Positions 9,565-18,882 of a stretch of DNA of 64,000 nucleotides are shown piece by piece (within the stretch, counting starts at the first letter, position 1; each line of letters begins with the position of its first letter). The notes below the pieces were generated by a model. It was not told where the DNA came from and made no database searches. It saw only the letters and a program-made list of their open reading frames with translations. This DNA comes from Rickettsiales bacterium (GTDB lineage: Bacteria; Pseudomonadota; Alphaproteobacteria; Rickettsiales; UBA998): positions 128,473 through 192,472 of the forward strand of contig JAXMDT010000004.1 of assembly GCA_046348685.1 (NCBI GenBank), written 5' to 3'. A program made the position numbers and the translations under genes.

Positions 9565-9802
9565 GGTGCTCTCCAAATCTTTTATTATCTTTATTCAAAA
9601 TTTCTTTTGATTGAGGCCAGTAGCTATAACAAATTAACCAAAGATTAGCAAATTGTTTTTTAACTATTCGCTTAAAATACTTGTAACCCGCAGAAATCAG
9701 CCATAATCTTAATAAAGACTTTAACTTATTAAAGGTTTTTCTATCCTCTTTACCTGACCAATATAGTTAGGTACGTAAGTATAGGCAAAAAAAGGGGCCG
9801 AT

Positions 9803-10219
9803 ATGTCTTCTACATTGGAAAAAAAGTGTGCGGCCAATGGCTTGAAAATGACTGAACAGCGCCGGACTATAGCCCGTGTGCTTTCGGAGTCGGCGGATCA
9901 TCCTGATGTTGAGCTGCTGCACCAGCGGGCAAGCGCTATCGATAACCGCATCAGTATAGCAACCGTTTATCGTACTGTGCGCTTATTTGAAGAAGCGGGT
10001 ATCATCGAACGGCATGATTTTGGCGATGGAAGGGCGCGCTACGAAGAAAGCAGCGACGAGCATCACGATCATTTGATTGACCTGAAGAGCGGCAGAGTTA
10101 TGGAGTTTACGAATACTGCTATTGAAAAACTGCAGGATGCGGTTGCCAAAGAGCTTGGATATAAGCTGGTTGGACATCGCCTCGAGCTGTATGGTGTACC
10201 GCTCGAGAAGAAAAAGTAG
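9803..10219 (+). CDS. irr: Fur-family regulator, Irr-like (iron response regulator)
   Basis: 138 aa. Winged helix (MTEQRRTIARVL...ISIATVYRTVRLFEEAGII) and an EHHDH site. The C-terminus DLKSGRVMEF...GHRLELYGVPL lacks the CxxC pairs of Fur/Zur, the pattern I associate with alphaproteobacterial Irr. Confidence 0.7.
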   Translation: MSSTLEKKCAANGLKMTEQRRTIARVLSESADHPDVELLHQRASAIDNRISIATVYRTVRLFEEAGIIERHDFGDGRARYEESSDEHHDHLIDLKSGRVMEFTNTAIEKLQDAVAKELGYKLVGHRLELYGVPLEKKK

Positions 10220-10227
10220 GAGTTCAC

Positions 10228-11043
10228 TTGCCATCATTCGTACCGGTTTCCATGAAACCCGCACCTTTTGCTCCGATCGTGCTGGGCAATCTGAAGGTAA
10301 AGGTTGCGGAAACACCTGATGAGGTTGTGGCCGCACAGCGCCTGCGCTATCAGATTTTCGTTGGCGAGATAGGCGCACATCCTACTGCTGAAATGCAGGC
10401 TGAACAAAGGGATTTTGATGAATTCGACCTGCACTGCGATCACATGCTGGTCATCGCTATCGGAAATGATGGAAATGAGGAAATTGTCGGCACCTACCGC
10501 TTGCTGCGCGCCGAGGGCATGAAAAAAGTTGGCCGCTATTATAGCGAAGATGAATTTGATGTTTCTGCATTGAAGAAACTGCAAGGCGAATTGCTGGAGC
10601 TTGGACGTTCCTGCGTGCGTGAAGATTTCCGAAACAAAGCCGCCATGCAGTTGCTGTGGCGCGGTATCGGTGAATATGTCACTTATTACGACATCAAATA
10701 TATGTTCGGCTGCGCGAGTTTTGCCGGTTCCGATCCCAAAGCGCACGAACAGGAGCTGGCTTTCCTGCATCATTTTCATTCCGCTCCGGAAGCGCTTTCG
10801 CCCAAAGCGTTGCCATCACGCTATGTCGATATGAACATGCTGCCGAAAGACAAGGTGGACCAGAAACGCGCTTTCTACGATCTGCCAGTGTTGATCAAGG
10901 GATATCTCCGTCTTGGCGGATTCATCGGCGATGGAGCGGTTATCGATGCGGTCTATAATACGGTCGATGTCAGCATTGTGGTCGATACATCCGGCGTTGG
11001 CGAAAAATATGTTTCCAAATATGCGCCAGATAAAAAGAAATGA
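10228..11043 (+). CDS. olsB: ornithine-lipid N-acyltransferase OlsB-like (GNAT fold)
   Basis: 271 aa. AETPDEVVAAQRLRYQIFVGEIGA and ELGRSCVREDFRN are typical of the OlsB/hemolysin-like GNAT family. ATGA overlap with a PlsC-type acyltransferase gives the olsBA layout. The start is TTG 10228 with GGAG at 10219-10222; ATG 10252 is an alternative. Confidence 0.75.
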   Translation: MPSFVPVSMKPAPFAPIVLGNLKVKVAETPDEVVAAQRLRYQIFVGEIGAHPTAEMQAEQRDFDEFDLHCDHMLVIAIGNDGNEEIVGTYRLLRAEGMKKVGRYYSEDEFDVSALKKLQGELLELGRSCVREDFRNKAAMQLLWRGIGEYVTYYDIKYMFGCASFAGSDPKAHEQELAFLHHFHSAPEALSPKALPSRYVDMNMLPKDKVDQKRAFYDLPVLIKGYLRLGGFIGDGAVIDAVYNTVDVSIVVDTSGVGEKYVSKYAPDKKK

Positions 11044-11813
11044 GCATGCCATCGTTCCGCGCGCTGTTTAAGACGGCTCTGTTTCTTTTATTCGCAATCG
11101 CAACGTTTCTCTGGATGGGCGGCCTGAAGCTTGCCGGACTGGATCAGTTAAGGCTGCAGAGCCAAACCTATGTTTATAAGCTTGTTCTGTGGCTCGCGAA
11201 TCTTACGGTTAGTGTCGAAGGGGGACTGGCGCCGCCACCTTCGGTTATCGTCAGCAATCATTGCAGTTATATGGACATCTTTGTGTTGGGGTCGCTCGGC
11301 AATGTGCGGTTTACACCGAAAAGCGAAATTAAATCCTGGTTCTTTGCAGGCTGGATTGTGACATTATTCGATGCGGTTTATGTGGAACGCAAAGCGCAGA
11401 AATCGAAAGAGGCGCAAACAGATGTGCTGAATAAACTGAAAGGCGGTGCGCGGCTCTCCATTTTTCCGGAAGGAACGACGAATAATGGCATGCAGTTGCA
11501 GCGCTTCAAGTCGTCCTTATTCAGCGTGGCGGAAGCGTGGGATGGAAAAGAACCGCTCGCCATTCAGCCTGTTACCGTGCGCTATGAAACACTCAACGGA
11601 AAACCGCTCGATGTAACGACGTGGCCATTCGTTGCCTGGTACGGCGATGCCTCCTTTGCGCCGCATATCATGACTCTTTTCGCGCAACGATCGCTCACCG
11701 CGCGCGTTATTTGCCATGCACCGCTTTATTTGGCACAAGGCCTAACAAGAAAAGAGCTGGCGAAAAAATCAGAGGAAATTATTAGAAATAGTCTGGGAAA
11801 AGAAACTAATTAA
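11040..11813 (+). CDS. olsA: lyso-ornithine lipid / 1-acylglycerol-3-phosphate O-acyltransferase (PlsC family)
   Basis: 257 aa. N-terminal TM helix, HX4D box (VSNHCSYMDI) and FPEGTT box. Translationally coupled to olsB. Confidence 0.75.
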   Translation: MSMPSFRALFKTALFLLFAIATFLWMGGLKLAGLDQLRLQSQTYVYKLVLWLANLTVSVEGGLAPPPSVIVSNHCSYMDIFVLGSLGNVRFTPKSEIKSWFFAGWIVTLFDAVYVERKAQKSKEAQTDVLNKLKGGARLSIFPEGTTNNGMQLQRFKSSLFSVAEAWDGKEPLAIQPVTVRYETLNGKPLDVTTWPFVAWYGDASFAPHIMTLFAQRSLTARVICHAPLYLAQGLTRKELAKKSEEIIRNSLGKETN

Positions 11814-11828
11814 AGCTATCGTTGCGAT

Positions 11829-12381
11829 ATGCCTCTCATTGAAATCATTCCACCCGAATATAACGTGACGCATCAGATTGCCTATGCGACTTCGCAGAAT
11901 TTTACCGGCAAGCCTGTTTACAAACAGGCACGATGCTTTTTACATCCCGAAGCAGCAGCGGCGCTGAAGAAAGCAATCGGTTATGCGGCTGAACTTGGTT
12001 TCACGCTGAAAATCTTTGACGCATACCGGCCACCGGAAGCACAATTTAAACTGTGGGAACACACGCCTGATCCGAATTTTCTGGCGGATCCTAACAAAGG
12101 ATCGCCGCATTCGCGTGGCGTAGCGATAGACTTGAATCTGGTCGATAAAGACGGCCTAGAACTTGATATGGGAACACCATTTGATACGTTTTTCGCCCCT
12201 ATCGCATCATGGTGCGATGGATATCTCGCTACAAGCAAAACAAAATCGCCTTATCCTCCTAGGTATCATGACATCCGCCGGTTGGGATTTCTACCGGAAT
12301 GAATGGTGGCACTACCAGCTGTTCAATAGCCGCACCTACCCCCTAATTTCTAACGCAGAAGCAAATGCAGGAATGATGTGA
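11829..12381 (+). pseudogene. D-alanyl-D-alanine dipeptidase (VanX/DdpX family), frameshifted
   Basis: Frame 1 (11829-12302) gives the N-terminal two thirds, including YRPPEAQ and the SxHxxGxAxD zinc site (SPHSRGVAIDL). The conserved C-terminus (SPLSHHG...NEWWHYQL) is in the +1 frame (12163-12381). The switch maps to the T5 run at 12189-12193. Confidence 0.75.
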
Positions 12382-15300
12382 TGGCTGACGAAGCGTCGGC
12401 ACGCCAGTCGTTAGCTTCTGATCCAGCCGCATCGGTCTGGGTGACGGCGAGTGCCGGTTCGGGTAAAACGAAAGTGCTCACTGACCGAGTTTTAAGGCTA
12501 TTGCTCTCCGGCACTCCGCCTTCCAAAATTCTTTGTATCACTTATACAAAGGCTGGTGCTGCCGAAATGCGCAGCCGTATTGAGAAGCGTCTTGGCCGCT
12601 GGGTTATGATGAATGATGATAAGCTTCGCGAAGAAGTCGGGCAACTAACCGGCAAAAACGAGCCATTCCTTGAGAAATCACTTGAAACAGCACGACAGTT
12701 ATTTGCGCGCGTGATTGAAGACCCTGTCGGCCTGCGTATCCAGACCATCCATTCTTTTTGTCAGTCGTTACTGGCGCGCTTTCCAATCGAAGCAGGCCTT
12801 GTACCGAATTTTACCCTGCTCGATGATGTGTCCTCAACACGTCTGCTGGCAGAAGCAAAACACCGGCTTGCCGGAGGTGGCATGGCGGAGGACGTGCCTG
12901 AGCTTAACCGCGCCATCAAGAAAATAGCCAGGACCAGCGGTGAATGGGGGTTCGATGATCTGCTTTCGGCTTTAATTTCACGCAGAAAGGATTTCTTTGC
13001 CGTTCCTGACGGTGAAATACGCGAAGTTGACTTGCAACGTGTGCAGAAAGCGATTTTTACTGCGTGTGGAGTGCCGGAAAATATTATAAATGAAGAAAAA
13101 CTGGCGGAACATTGCTGGCTCACGCCCGAAGAAGAAGAAAAACTTCATGCACTATCGCACCTTTTAGCAACAGGAAATAAGACGGTTGTTGAGCGTGCAG
13201 AAATCATGCGTGCTTATTTTAAAAAAGAACAGCAAGCGCTAGATACTATCTACCATATAAGAGATGCGTTTTTTAATAACAAAGACCAGCCATATGCGAA
13301 TTGGGATGTAAAGCTAAGCGTCAGGCATCCTGAAATGGGAGCGCATATAGATTGCCTGACCCAGCGTATTCAAAGCATACAAATGCTTATCAGGTCTTTT
13401 GAAACAGCCGAGCGTGCTTATGCTTCATATGTAATTGCAGCATATCTTTATGCCACTTACCAGCAATTGAAGGAAAAGCAGGCAGCGCTCGATTATGATG
13501 ACCTGATATTTAAAGCTCAACAGCTTCTGGCCGGTGATCGTGCGCTGGCATGGGTGATGTTCAAGCTCGATGGCGGGATTGATCATGTGTTGGTGGATGA
13601 AGCGCAGGATACATCGCGCGCGCAGTGGGATATCACAGCGGCGCTAGTGGATGAATTTTTTGCTGGTCAGGGAAGAGGCGAGGGCAATACGCTTTTTGTC
13701 GTCGGCGATCCAAAGCAATCCATCTTCCGTTTTCAGGGCGCATTTCCGGAAGGATTTACCGAACGTTTTCAGTACTTCAAAGAGCGCGCAGCGGCAGCAC
13801 GCATTGATTTCCGCCATGTGCCTCTTACAACCTCGTTTCGATCGTCACCGGCAATTCTGAATTTCGCGGATGCGGTTTTTTCCGGTGATGCAGCGCGTGC
13901 AGGTCTCGGTGAATATCTACCACATATTGCCCATTATAGTGCATTCGCCGGTCGTATTGAAGTATGGCCGCTGCAGGAAAGTGACCAGAAGGAAAAAAAA
14001 TCAGCATGGGAACTGCCAAAGATAACGCCTGGTATGCGAACTGGCACGAATAAATTAGCCGGGGAGATTGCCGAGACGATTTATCAGTGGCTTAAAGAAA
14101 AACGTGTGCTGCCTGCAACTGGAGAAGTGATTGAGCCGCGCGACATCATGATTTTGTCGCGCCGCCGCGAGCCTATGGCAAGCGCACTTATTCAAGCGTT
14201 TCAAGAAAAAGCAATTCCGTGCACAGGGCTTGATCGCCTGGCGCTGACAGAGCATATCGCAGTCAAAGATATGCTGGCGCTTGGCAGCTTCCTGCTGATG
14301 TCAGGCGATGATTTGTCGCTGGCTTGCGTACTTAAATCGCCGCTCTATGGGCTTTCGGAAGACACGCTGCTGACGCTTTGCGCCAATCGAGGCAGGGAAA
14401 CGCTTTGGAGCCAGGTAAAACAATATGCTGGCAATGACGATAACGTTTTAGCGGTCCAACGAGAACTCGACTTATTGCTAGGCAAGACAGATTACATTTC
14501 CCCATACGATTTATTCGCCAAAGTGCTTTATGAATTGGGCGGCATGCGCCGAATGTGCGCACGTCTCGGCGAACATGTTTCCGAGGTATTGGAGATGTTT
14601 CTTGCCGAAGCGCTGGCATATGAAGAAAATACCACGCCCAGCCTGGAAGAGTTTTGCCATACGATGACACTCAATAAGCGCGAGGTGAAGCGTGATCAGG
14701 AAGAAATTGGCAACGAAGTGCGTATTCTGACAGTACATGGCGCTAAAGGCTTGGAAGCGCCGATTGTCTTCCTCGTCGATACAACAAGTACGTCAGGTAT
14801 CCGTGGCGATGACCGTTTGGCAAGTTTGGAAGGCATACCCATTCCATTGCCATCAAAAAGAGAGAGCAGCGCTTTAACGGCTGCTTTGCGCGCCGAGCAG
14901 GAAAAGCAGATCGAGGAAGAATATCGCAGGTTGCTTTATGTGGCGCTGACGCGTGCAAAGCATGAACTCTACATTACGGGCGTAAAGCCGGGCGGCAATC
15001 GCCAGCTATCGCCGCAAAGCTGGTATGCGTTGGCGAATCGGGGACTTGACGCAATAGGGGTTGGGAACATTGAAGGGCAAAAGCGTGTGTTCGATGAAAC
15101 CGGAACTGTGCTAACGAAAGAAAGAGTGGAGATACCCGCTTTGCCCGTACCGCCCGCGCCGGAATATCTGCTGGCAAAAGCAAAGCCAGAAGCGCTGCAA
15201 ACCATACGTAATCCGTCCCACTTGGATGAGGTTGTGGAGGAAGTAACCCAAAACCGCTTCTTTTCTGCGGAAGATAGGCAGAAGCGCATTGAGCGCGGAA

Positions 15301-15755
15301 TAGTCATTCACCGGCTGCTGGAGGTGCTGGCACAGGTTGATCCGGCCCAGCAACTCAACGTAGGAAAAAAGCTGGTCGCTGCGCACGCGCCGCACGTTTC
15401 CGTAGCAGAAAGAGAAGCATGGATCGAAAATACGGTTAGGCTCATGCAACACCCAGATTTTTCCACTGTTTTTGGGAAGGATTCGATGTCCGAGGTACCG
15501 ATTGCCGGTCCCATGGAAGATGGAACGCTCATTTCCGGCCAGATTGACCGGCTTGTAGTGACGGATACCGATGTTCATGTGATAGATTTTAAAAGCGGAA
15601 TATGGAAAAAAGGTTCTGCAATCCCTCTGAAATATAAGAACCAAATGCGAGCTTACAGTAGCGTTCTTCGTCAAATCTTTCCGGGCAAAACCATCCGCAG
15701 CGGTCTGCTGTTCACGGAAGGGCCGGAGATGGTCTGGGTTAATGAAGACTCTTGA
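12378..15755 (+). CDS. addA: double-strand break repair helicase-nuclease AddA
   Basis: 1125 aa. UvrD-type Walker A (ASAGSGKTKVL), ILCITYTKAGAAEM, VDEAQDTS. C-terminal RecB-type nuclease motif GQIDRLVV...VHVIDFKSG. trxA follows immediately, as is typical in alphaproteobacteria. Confidence 0.9.
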   Translation: MMADEASARQSLASDPAASVWVTASAGSGKTKVLTDRVLRLLLSGTPPSKILCITYTKAGAAEMRSRIEKRLGRWVMMNDDKLREEVGQLTGKNEPFLEKSLETARQLFARVIEDPVGLRIQTIHSFCQSLLARFPIEAGLVPNFTLLDDVSSTRLLAEAKHRLAGGGMAEDVPELNRAIKKIARTSGEWGFDDLLSALISRRKDFFAVPDGEIREVDLQRVQKAIFTACGVPENIINEEKLAEHCWLTPEEEEKLHALSHLLATGNKTVVERAEIMRAYFKKEQQALDTIYHIRDAFFNNKDQPYANWDVKLSVRHPEMGAHIDCLTQRIQSIQMLIRSFETAERAYASYVIAAYLYATYQQLKEKQAALDYDDLIFKAQQLLAGDRALAWVMFKLDGGIDHVLVDEAQDTSRAQWDITAALVDEFFAGQGRGEGNTLFVVGDPKQSIFRFQGAFPEGFTERFQYFKERAAAARIDFRHVPLTTSFRSSPAILNFADAVFSGDAARAGLGEYLPHIAHYSAFAGRIEVWPLQESDQKEKKSAWELPKITPGMRTGTNKLAGEIAETIYQWLKEKRVLPATGEVIEPRDIMILSRRREPMASALIQAFQEKAIPCTGLDRLALTEHIAVKDMLALGSFLLMSGDDLSLACVLKSPLYGLSEDTLLTLCANRGRETLWSQVKQYAGNDDNVLAVQRELDLLLGKTDYISPYDLFAKVLYELGGMRRMCARLGEHVSEVLEMFLAEALAYEENTTPSLEEFCHTMTLNKREVKRDQEEIGNEVRILTVHGAKGLEAPIVFLVDTTSTSGIRGDDRLASLEGIPIPLPSKRESSALTAALRAEQEKQIEEEYRRLLYVALTRAKHELYITGVKPGGNRQLSPQSWYALANRGLDAIGVGNIEGQKRVFDETGTVLTKERVEIPALPVPPAPEYLLAKAKPEALQTIRNPSHLDEVVEEVTQNRFFSAEDRQKRIERGIVIHRLLEVLAQVDPAQQLNVGKKLVAAHAPHVSVAEREAWIENTVRLMQHPDFSTVFGKDSMSEVPIAGPMEDGTLISGQIDRLVVTDTDVHVIDFKSGIWKKGSAIPLKYKNQMRAYSSVLRQIFPGKTIRSGLLFTEGPEMVWVNEDS

Positions 15756-15810
15756 CCGGAGCGGATTCCGCATTATGTATTTCAGTAGGATAATTGAAAG
15801 GAATTGATCT

Positions 15811-16131
15811 ATGAGCAAGCAAGTAACCGACGGTGGATTTGAACAGGACGTGCTGAAATCGGCAACGCCTGTGCTGGTTGATTTCTGGGCGGAATGGTGT
15901 GGCCCGTGCCGTCAGCTGGGTCCGATCGTAGACGAACTGGCTTCGGAATATAATGGCAAGCTCGATGTCGTGAAGATTAATATCGACCAGAATCCCGAAA
16001 CGCCGACCAAGTATGGCATTCGCGGCATCCCGACTTTGATTCTTTTTAAAGGTGGTCAACCGGTCGGCACCAAGGTTGGCTCGCTACCTAAGTCGCAACT
16101 GAAAGAATGGCTTGATACGCTCGTTGCCTAA
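15811..16131 (+). CDS. trxA: thioredoxin
   Basis: 106 aa with the classic WCGPC active site ([13 protein letters not shown]). Confidence 0.95.
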   Translation: MSKQVTDGGFEQDVLKSATPVLVDFWAEWCGPCRQLGPIVDELASEYNGKLDVVKINIDQNPETPTKYGIRGIPTLILFKGGQPVGTKVGSLPKSQLKEWLDTLVA

Positions 16132-16915
16132 CGGCGTCATTCCAGTTATTGCACTGGAAGTAGAATGGTATCTGCGTGCCGAAAGCGCCGTTGAGGATGC
16201 CAGCCAATATATTGAAAATTTTTTGAAATGGTTTACGGCAAGCGCAGCGCATCTGCCCTTGCATTCTGCATCGGGCGAGCGCGGCTATCTACAGGCAGAG
16301 GCAGCTTTACTGCCTACGAAGAATATCAACCAGCTTATTACAGATTATTATACGCTGCGCGATGTCGCGGAAAATTCAGCAAGGAAAATAGGCGCCCAGG
16401 CGGATTTTTCAGCAAAACCTTTTGCTGAAGATTATGGCAGCGGCATTCATGTGCATGTGCATCTGGAGGATAAAACCGGGCAGCATCTTTTTTTCAAAGA
16501 TGGTGAATCGCTGTCCGATGCACTGCGTTTTAGTATCGGCGGACTGCTTTCGACATTAGAAGAAAATCTGCCAATTTTTATTCCGACATCATCTTCATGG
16601 CAGCGCATCGTGCCGGGCTTTCATGCGCCGGTGAACGTCAGCTGGGGGTTTAATAATCGTACGACCGCCATCAGATTGCCGGATTCTATTAGTGAATATC
16701 AAGGCGCAAGAGCAATTGCAGCTGCTCCTGCTACGCGCTTCAAGCGCATTGAGCATCGCGTAGCCGGGTCGGACGCGAATATCGAAAACGTTATTGATGC
16801 CGTACTAAAAGGTATTGATAAGGGGCTCATTGAACGGATAGAGCCGCCTGAACCCATTTTCGGCAACGCACAGGATATGCAATATGCTTTAAAGAATTTA
16901 CGGGAAAAAGCCTAG
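16112..16915 (+). CDS. glutamine-synthetase-like protein, catalytic domain only
   Basis: 267 aa. GS C-domain motifs in order: ExE strand (ALEVEWYL), ATP site ([17 protein letters not shown]), Glu site ([13 protein letters not shown]...[10 protein letters not shown]), [12 protein letters not shown]. There is no N-terminal beta-grasp domain. The only in-frame starts are TTG 16112 and 16124, both inside the last codons of trxA. Confidence 0.65.
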   Translation: MIRSLPNGVIPVIALEVEWYLRAESAVEDASQYIENFLKWFTASAAHLPLHSASGERGYLQAEAALLPTKNINQLITDYYTLRDVAENSARKIGAQADFSAKPFAEDYGSGIHVHVHLEDKTGQHLFFKDGESLSDALRFSIGGLLSTLEENLPIFIPTSSSWQRIVPGFHAPVNVSWGFNNRTTAIRLPDSISEYQGARAIAAAPATRFKRIEHRVAGSDANIENVIDAVLKGIDKGLIERIEPPEPIFGNAQDMQYALKNLREKA

Positions 16916-17187
16916 ACGTCGAAGCCGTATTTTTCCTTGAGGAAGGCTTTGACTTCATCGTTTGGATCTTCCCCGTAATTGGAGGCGATCACTTTGCCGT
17001 AATCCTCCAGGTCAATCGATTCTTCGGATTTCAGCGCTTTCAAAAAAGCTTGCTCTTTATGCGGTTCGACCAGAACAAAATAATATGCCCAGCGGCCAGT
17101 GGAATCCTTGGCTTTCAGCTTATGGATCAGATGGCCTTTTTTGGCGATAATCTGATCAACAAATGATTTTTTACTTTGATCTGACAT
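16912..17187 (-). CDS. hypothetical protein (91 aa)
   Basis: ORF only. Lys/Glu-rich and soluble-looking, no motif recognised. Its stop shares the CTAG at 16912-16915 with the convergent GS-like gene. Confidence 0.45.
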   Translation of the reverse strand: MSDQSKKSFVDQIIAKKGHLIHKLKAKDSTGRWAYYFVLVEPHKEQAFLKALKSEESIDLEDYGKVIASNYGEDPNDEVKAFLKEKYGFDV

Positions 17188-17316
17188 GAAGATAGGAACT
17201 GAATAACAAATATTAAGCTATTGTAAGCTACATGCAAACCGTCGGTGTTTCAAGAGAGCCTGAACAAACAACACAAAATAGTGCAGAATTGCCAAAGATT
17301 GTGGCGATTCAGTTGC

Positions 17317-18096
17317 CTAGACCTGAGCCGCTACCTGCGGCACCTGGGCGATTTTCCCCTGCAGTTCTGCCGTATGTGCCATAATATTGTTATTTGCCGG
17401 GCCAGGAACGTGCTTCGCATGGGAAAGGCCTTCCAGCGGAACCGATGTTGCTGAAACCGGAGCCGTCGGCAATTGCAGCTTATCAAGGCCGTAATGTTGT
17501 TCAAGTGAAGCAAACTGCTGTTCAAGCCCAGCTAAGCCATTTTGGGGGCGTTGGCCATATTTGAAATTACCAATCAACAGCATCGCGTCATTTACAAATG
17601 CAGCGACAGGTACTTCCGGATGCGCCAGATGTCCTTTAACGGCAAAGACAATCCCTTTCATGGAAGCAATCGCCGTTTCCGCCATTTCCTGCTGGATATG
17701 CTGACTTATTGGGTGCGATTCCATCGCGTGTGCAATCTCAACGAATTTCTGTTCGCTGAGGTGAGTGCTCAGCAAATTTAGTTCCTGTGCTATGCGCTGA
17801 CCGGTCTGCATTAACTGAATCTGGGTACGCTGTTGCTCGGTCAATTGATTAGCAGCAGGAATGCCATATGAAAGAGGTTGATTCGTCACTGCGGAAGCGT
17901 CCAGTGGCTTTGCACCAACAGCTCCGGTGTTTTGAATATGTTCCGGTCTTGGGGTGGGGGCGATAGATGAAACACCTGCTGGTACGGCTTGATTTGCCGG
18001 CGCTGGCGCTGCAGTTGGCTGAACAGGTTTCGGCTCGGGTGCGGGCGGTTCGAAACCGAGAAAGTCATTGGTATCAGCGGAATCGGGAATATTCAT
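17317..18096 (-). CDS. hypothetical protein with Pro/Ala-rich N-terminal third
   Basis: ATG 18096 is preceded by GAGGG; the ORF caller used TTG 18108. Residues about 15-95 are low-complexity P/A/Q-rich, then a helical-looking region. No family recognised. Confidence 0.55.
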   Translation of the reverse strand: MNIPDSADTNDFLGFEPPAPEPKPVQPTAAPAPANQAVPAGVSSIAPTPRPEHIQNTGAVGAKPLDASAVTNQPLSYGIPAANQLTEQQRTQIQLMQTGQRIAQELNLLSTHLSEQKFVEIAHAMESHPISQHIQQEMAETAIASMKGIVFAVKGHLAHPEVPVAAFVNDAMLLIGNFKYGQRPQNGLAGLEQQFASLEQHYGLDKLQLPTAPVSATSVPLEGLSHAKHVPGPANNNIMAHTAELQGKIAQVPQVAAQV

Positions 18097-18175
18097 GGCA
18101 ACCCTCAACGTTTATCTTAGGTTTAATGTACCTTAGATAGGCTGCGGCGTGTATGAAGCTTTTGTGAAGAAGGAC

Positions 18176-18469
18176 TTAACGACTGCGATCCGTGTGATTT
18201 TCAGCCGAAATACGATCGACCCAGCTTTTTGGATTATCGTTGGCGGCGCTGAAGCCGATGCCTTTATCGCGGAGATTAGCCATAAGTTCCGAATATTGTT
18301 CCTGTGAGAAAAGGCCGGAAGCAACCAATGCGTTTGCCTGACGCGAAATCTTAGCGTAGTTGGCATCTTTGCCAATCTCTAGCGCTAGAACGGCCGATAA
18401 TGGATCCTGAATAGCAAAGCCATGGCCATTATTAGTCTGGAAGTAATTAAGAGTCGGGGCAGCGGTCAT
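18176..18469 (-). CDS. hypothetical protein (97 aa)
   Basis: ATG preceded by AAAGGA. No motif recognised. Confidence 0.5.
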   Translation of the reverse strand: MTAAPTLNYFQTNNGHGFAIQDPLSAVLALEIGKDANYAKISRQANALVASGLFSQEQYSELMANLRDKGIGFSAANDNPKSWVDRISAENHTDRSR

Positions 18470-18529
18470 TTCTGTCCTTTTACTTAGCGTCCAAGGATAG
18501 TACCGAAAAATTAACAGTTAGGCAAGGAT

Positions 18530-18769
18530 TTAGGCAATCTGGCGAGACTGGAATTCCATATCCGTAGCGACAAGAATAACCTCGGCAAACTTGGGATTAA
18601 TCAGTTTTGCCAATACCATACGGCGGATGGAATCTTGAAAGAAACGCTTCCTTTCGCCATCCAGATTAATGTTTACCGTCATCGCCGTGAGGCCGCCATC
18701 AGCCAGGGGGTTTTTGCAAAGGGCCATGCCGTCTTGCATAGTTTCAATATAATCCAGGGGATCAAACAT
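18530..18769 (-). CDS. hypothetical protein (79 aa)
   Basis: ATG preceded by AAGGA. No motif recognised. Confidence 0.5.
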   Translation of the reverse strand: MFDPLDYIETMQDGMALCKNPLADGGLTAMTVNINLDGERKRFFQDSIRRMVLAKLINPKFAEVILVATDMEFQSRQIA

Positions 18770-18882
18770 CTTATTGTCCTTAATACTTGAGCTATAGTAT
18801 CAAAAAATTATCTTCTTTGGTTGTTACAGTTTGGTGAAGTTTCGGCTTATATAGTGCGCTTCACGTACCTTTCCAGGAGCTT

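Noticed and set aside
9719-9734. CTTTAA-ctta-TTAAAG inverted repeat about 70 nt upstream of irr as an iron-control or MucR site
   Set aside because: It has 6-bp arms in a very AT-rich region and does not match the Irr ICE consensus as I remember it (TTTAGAA-N3-TTCTAAA).
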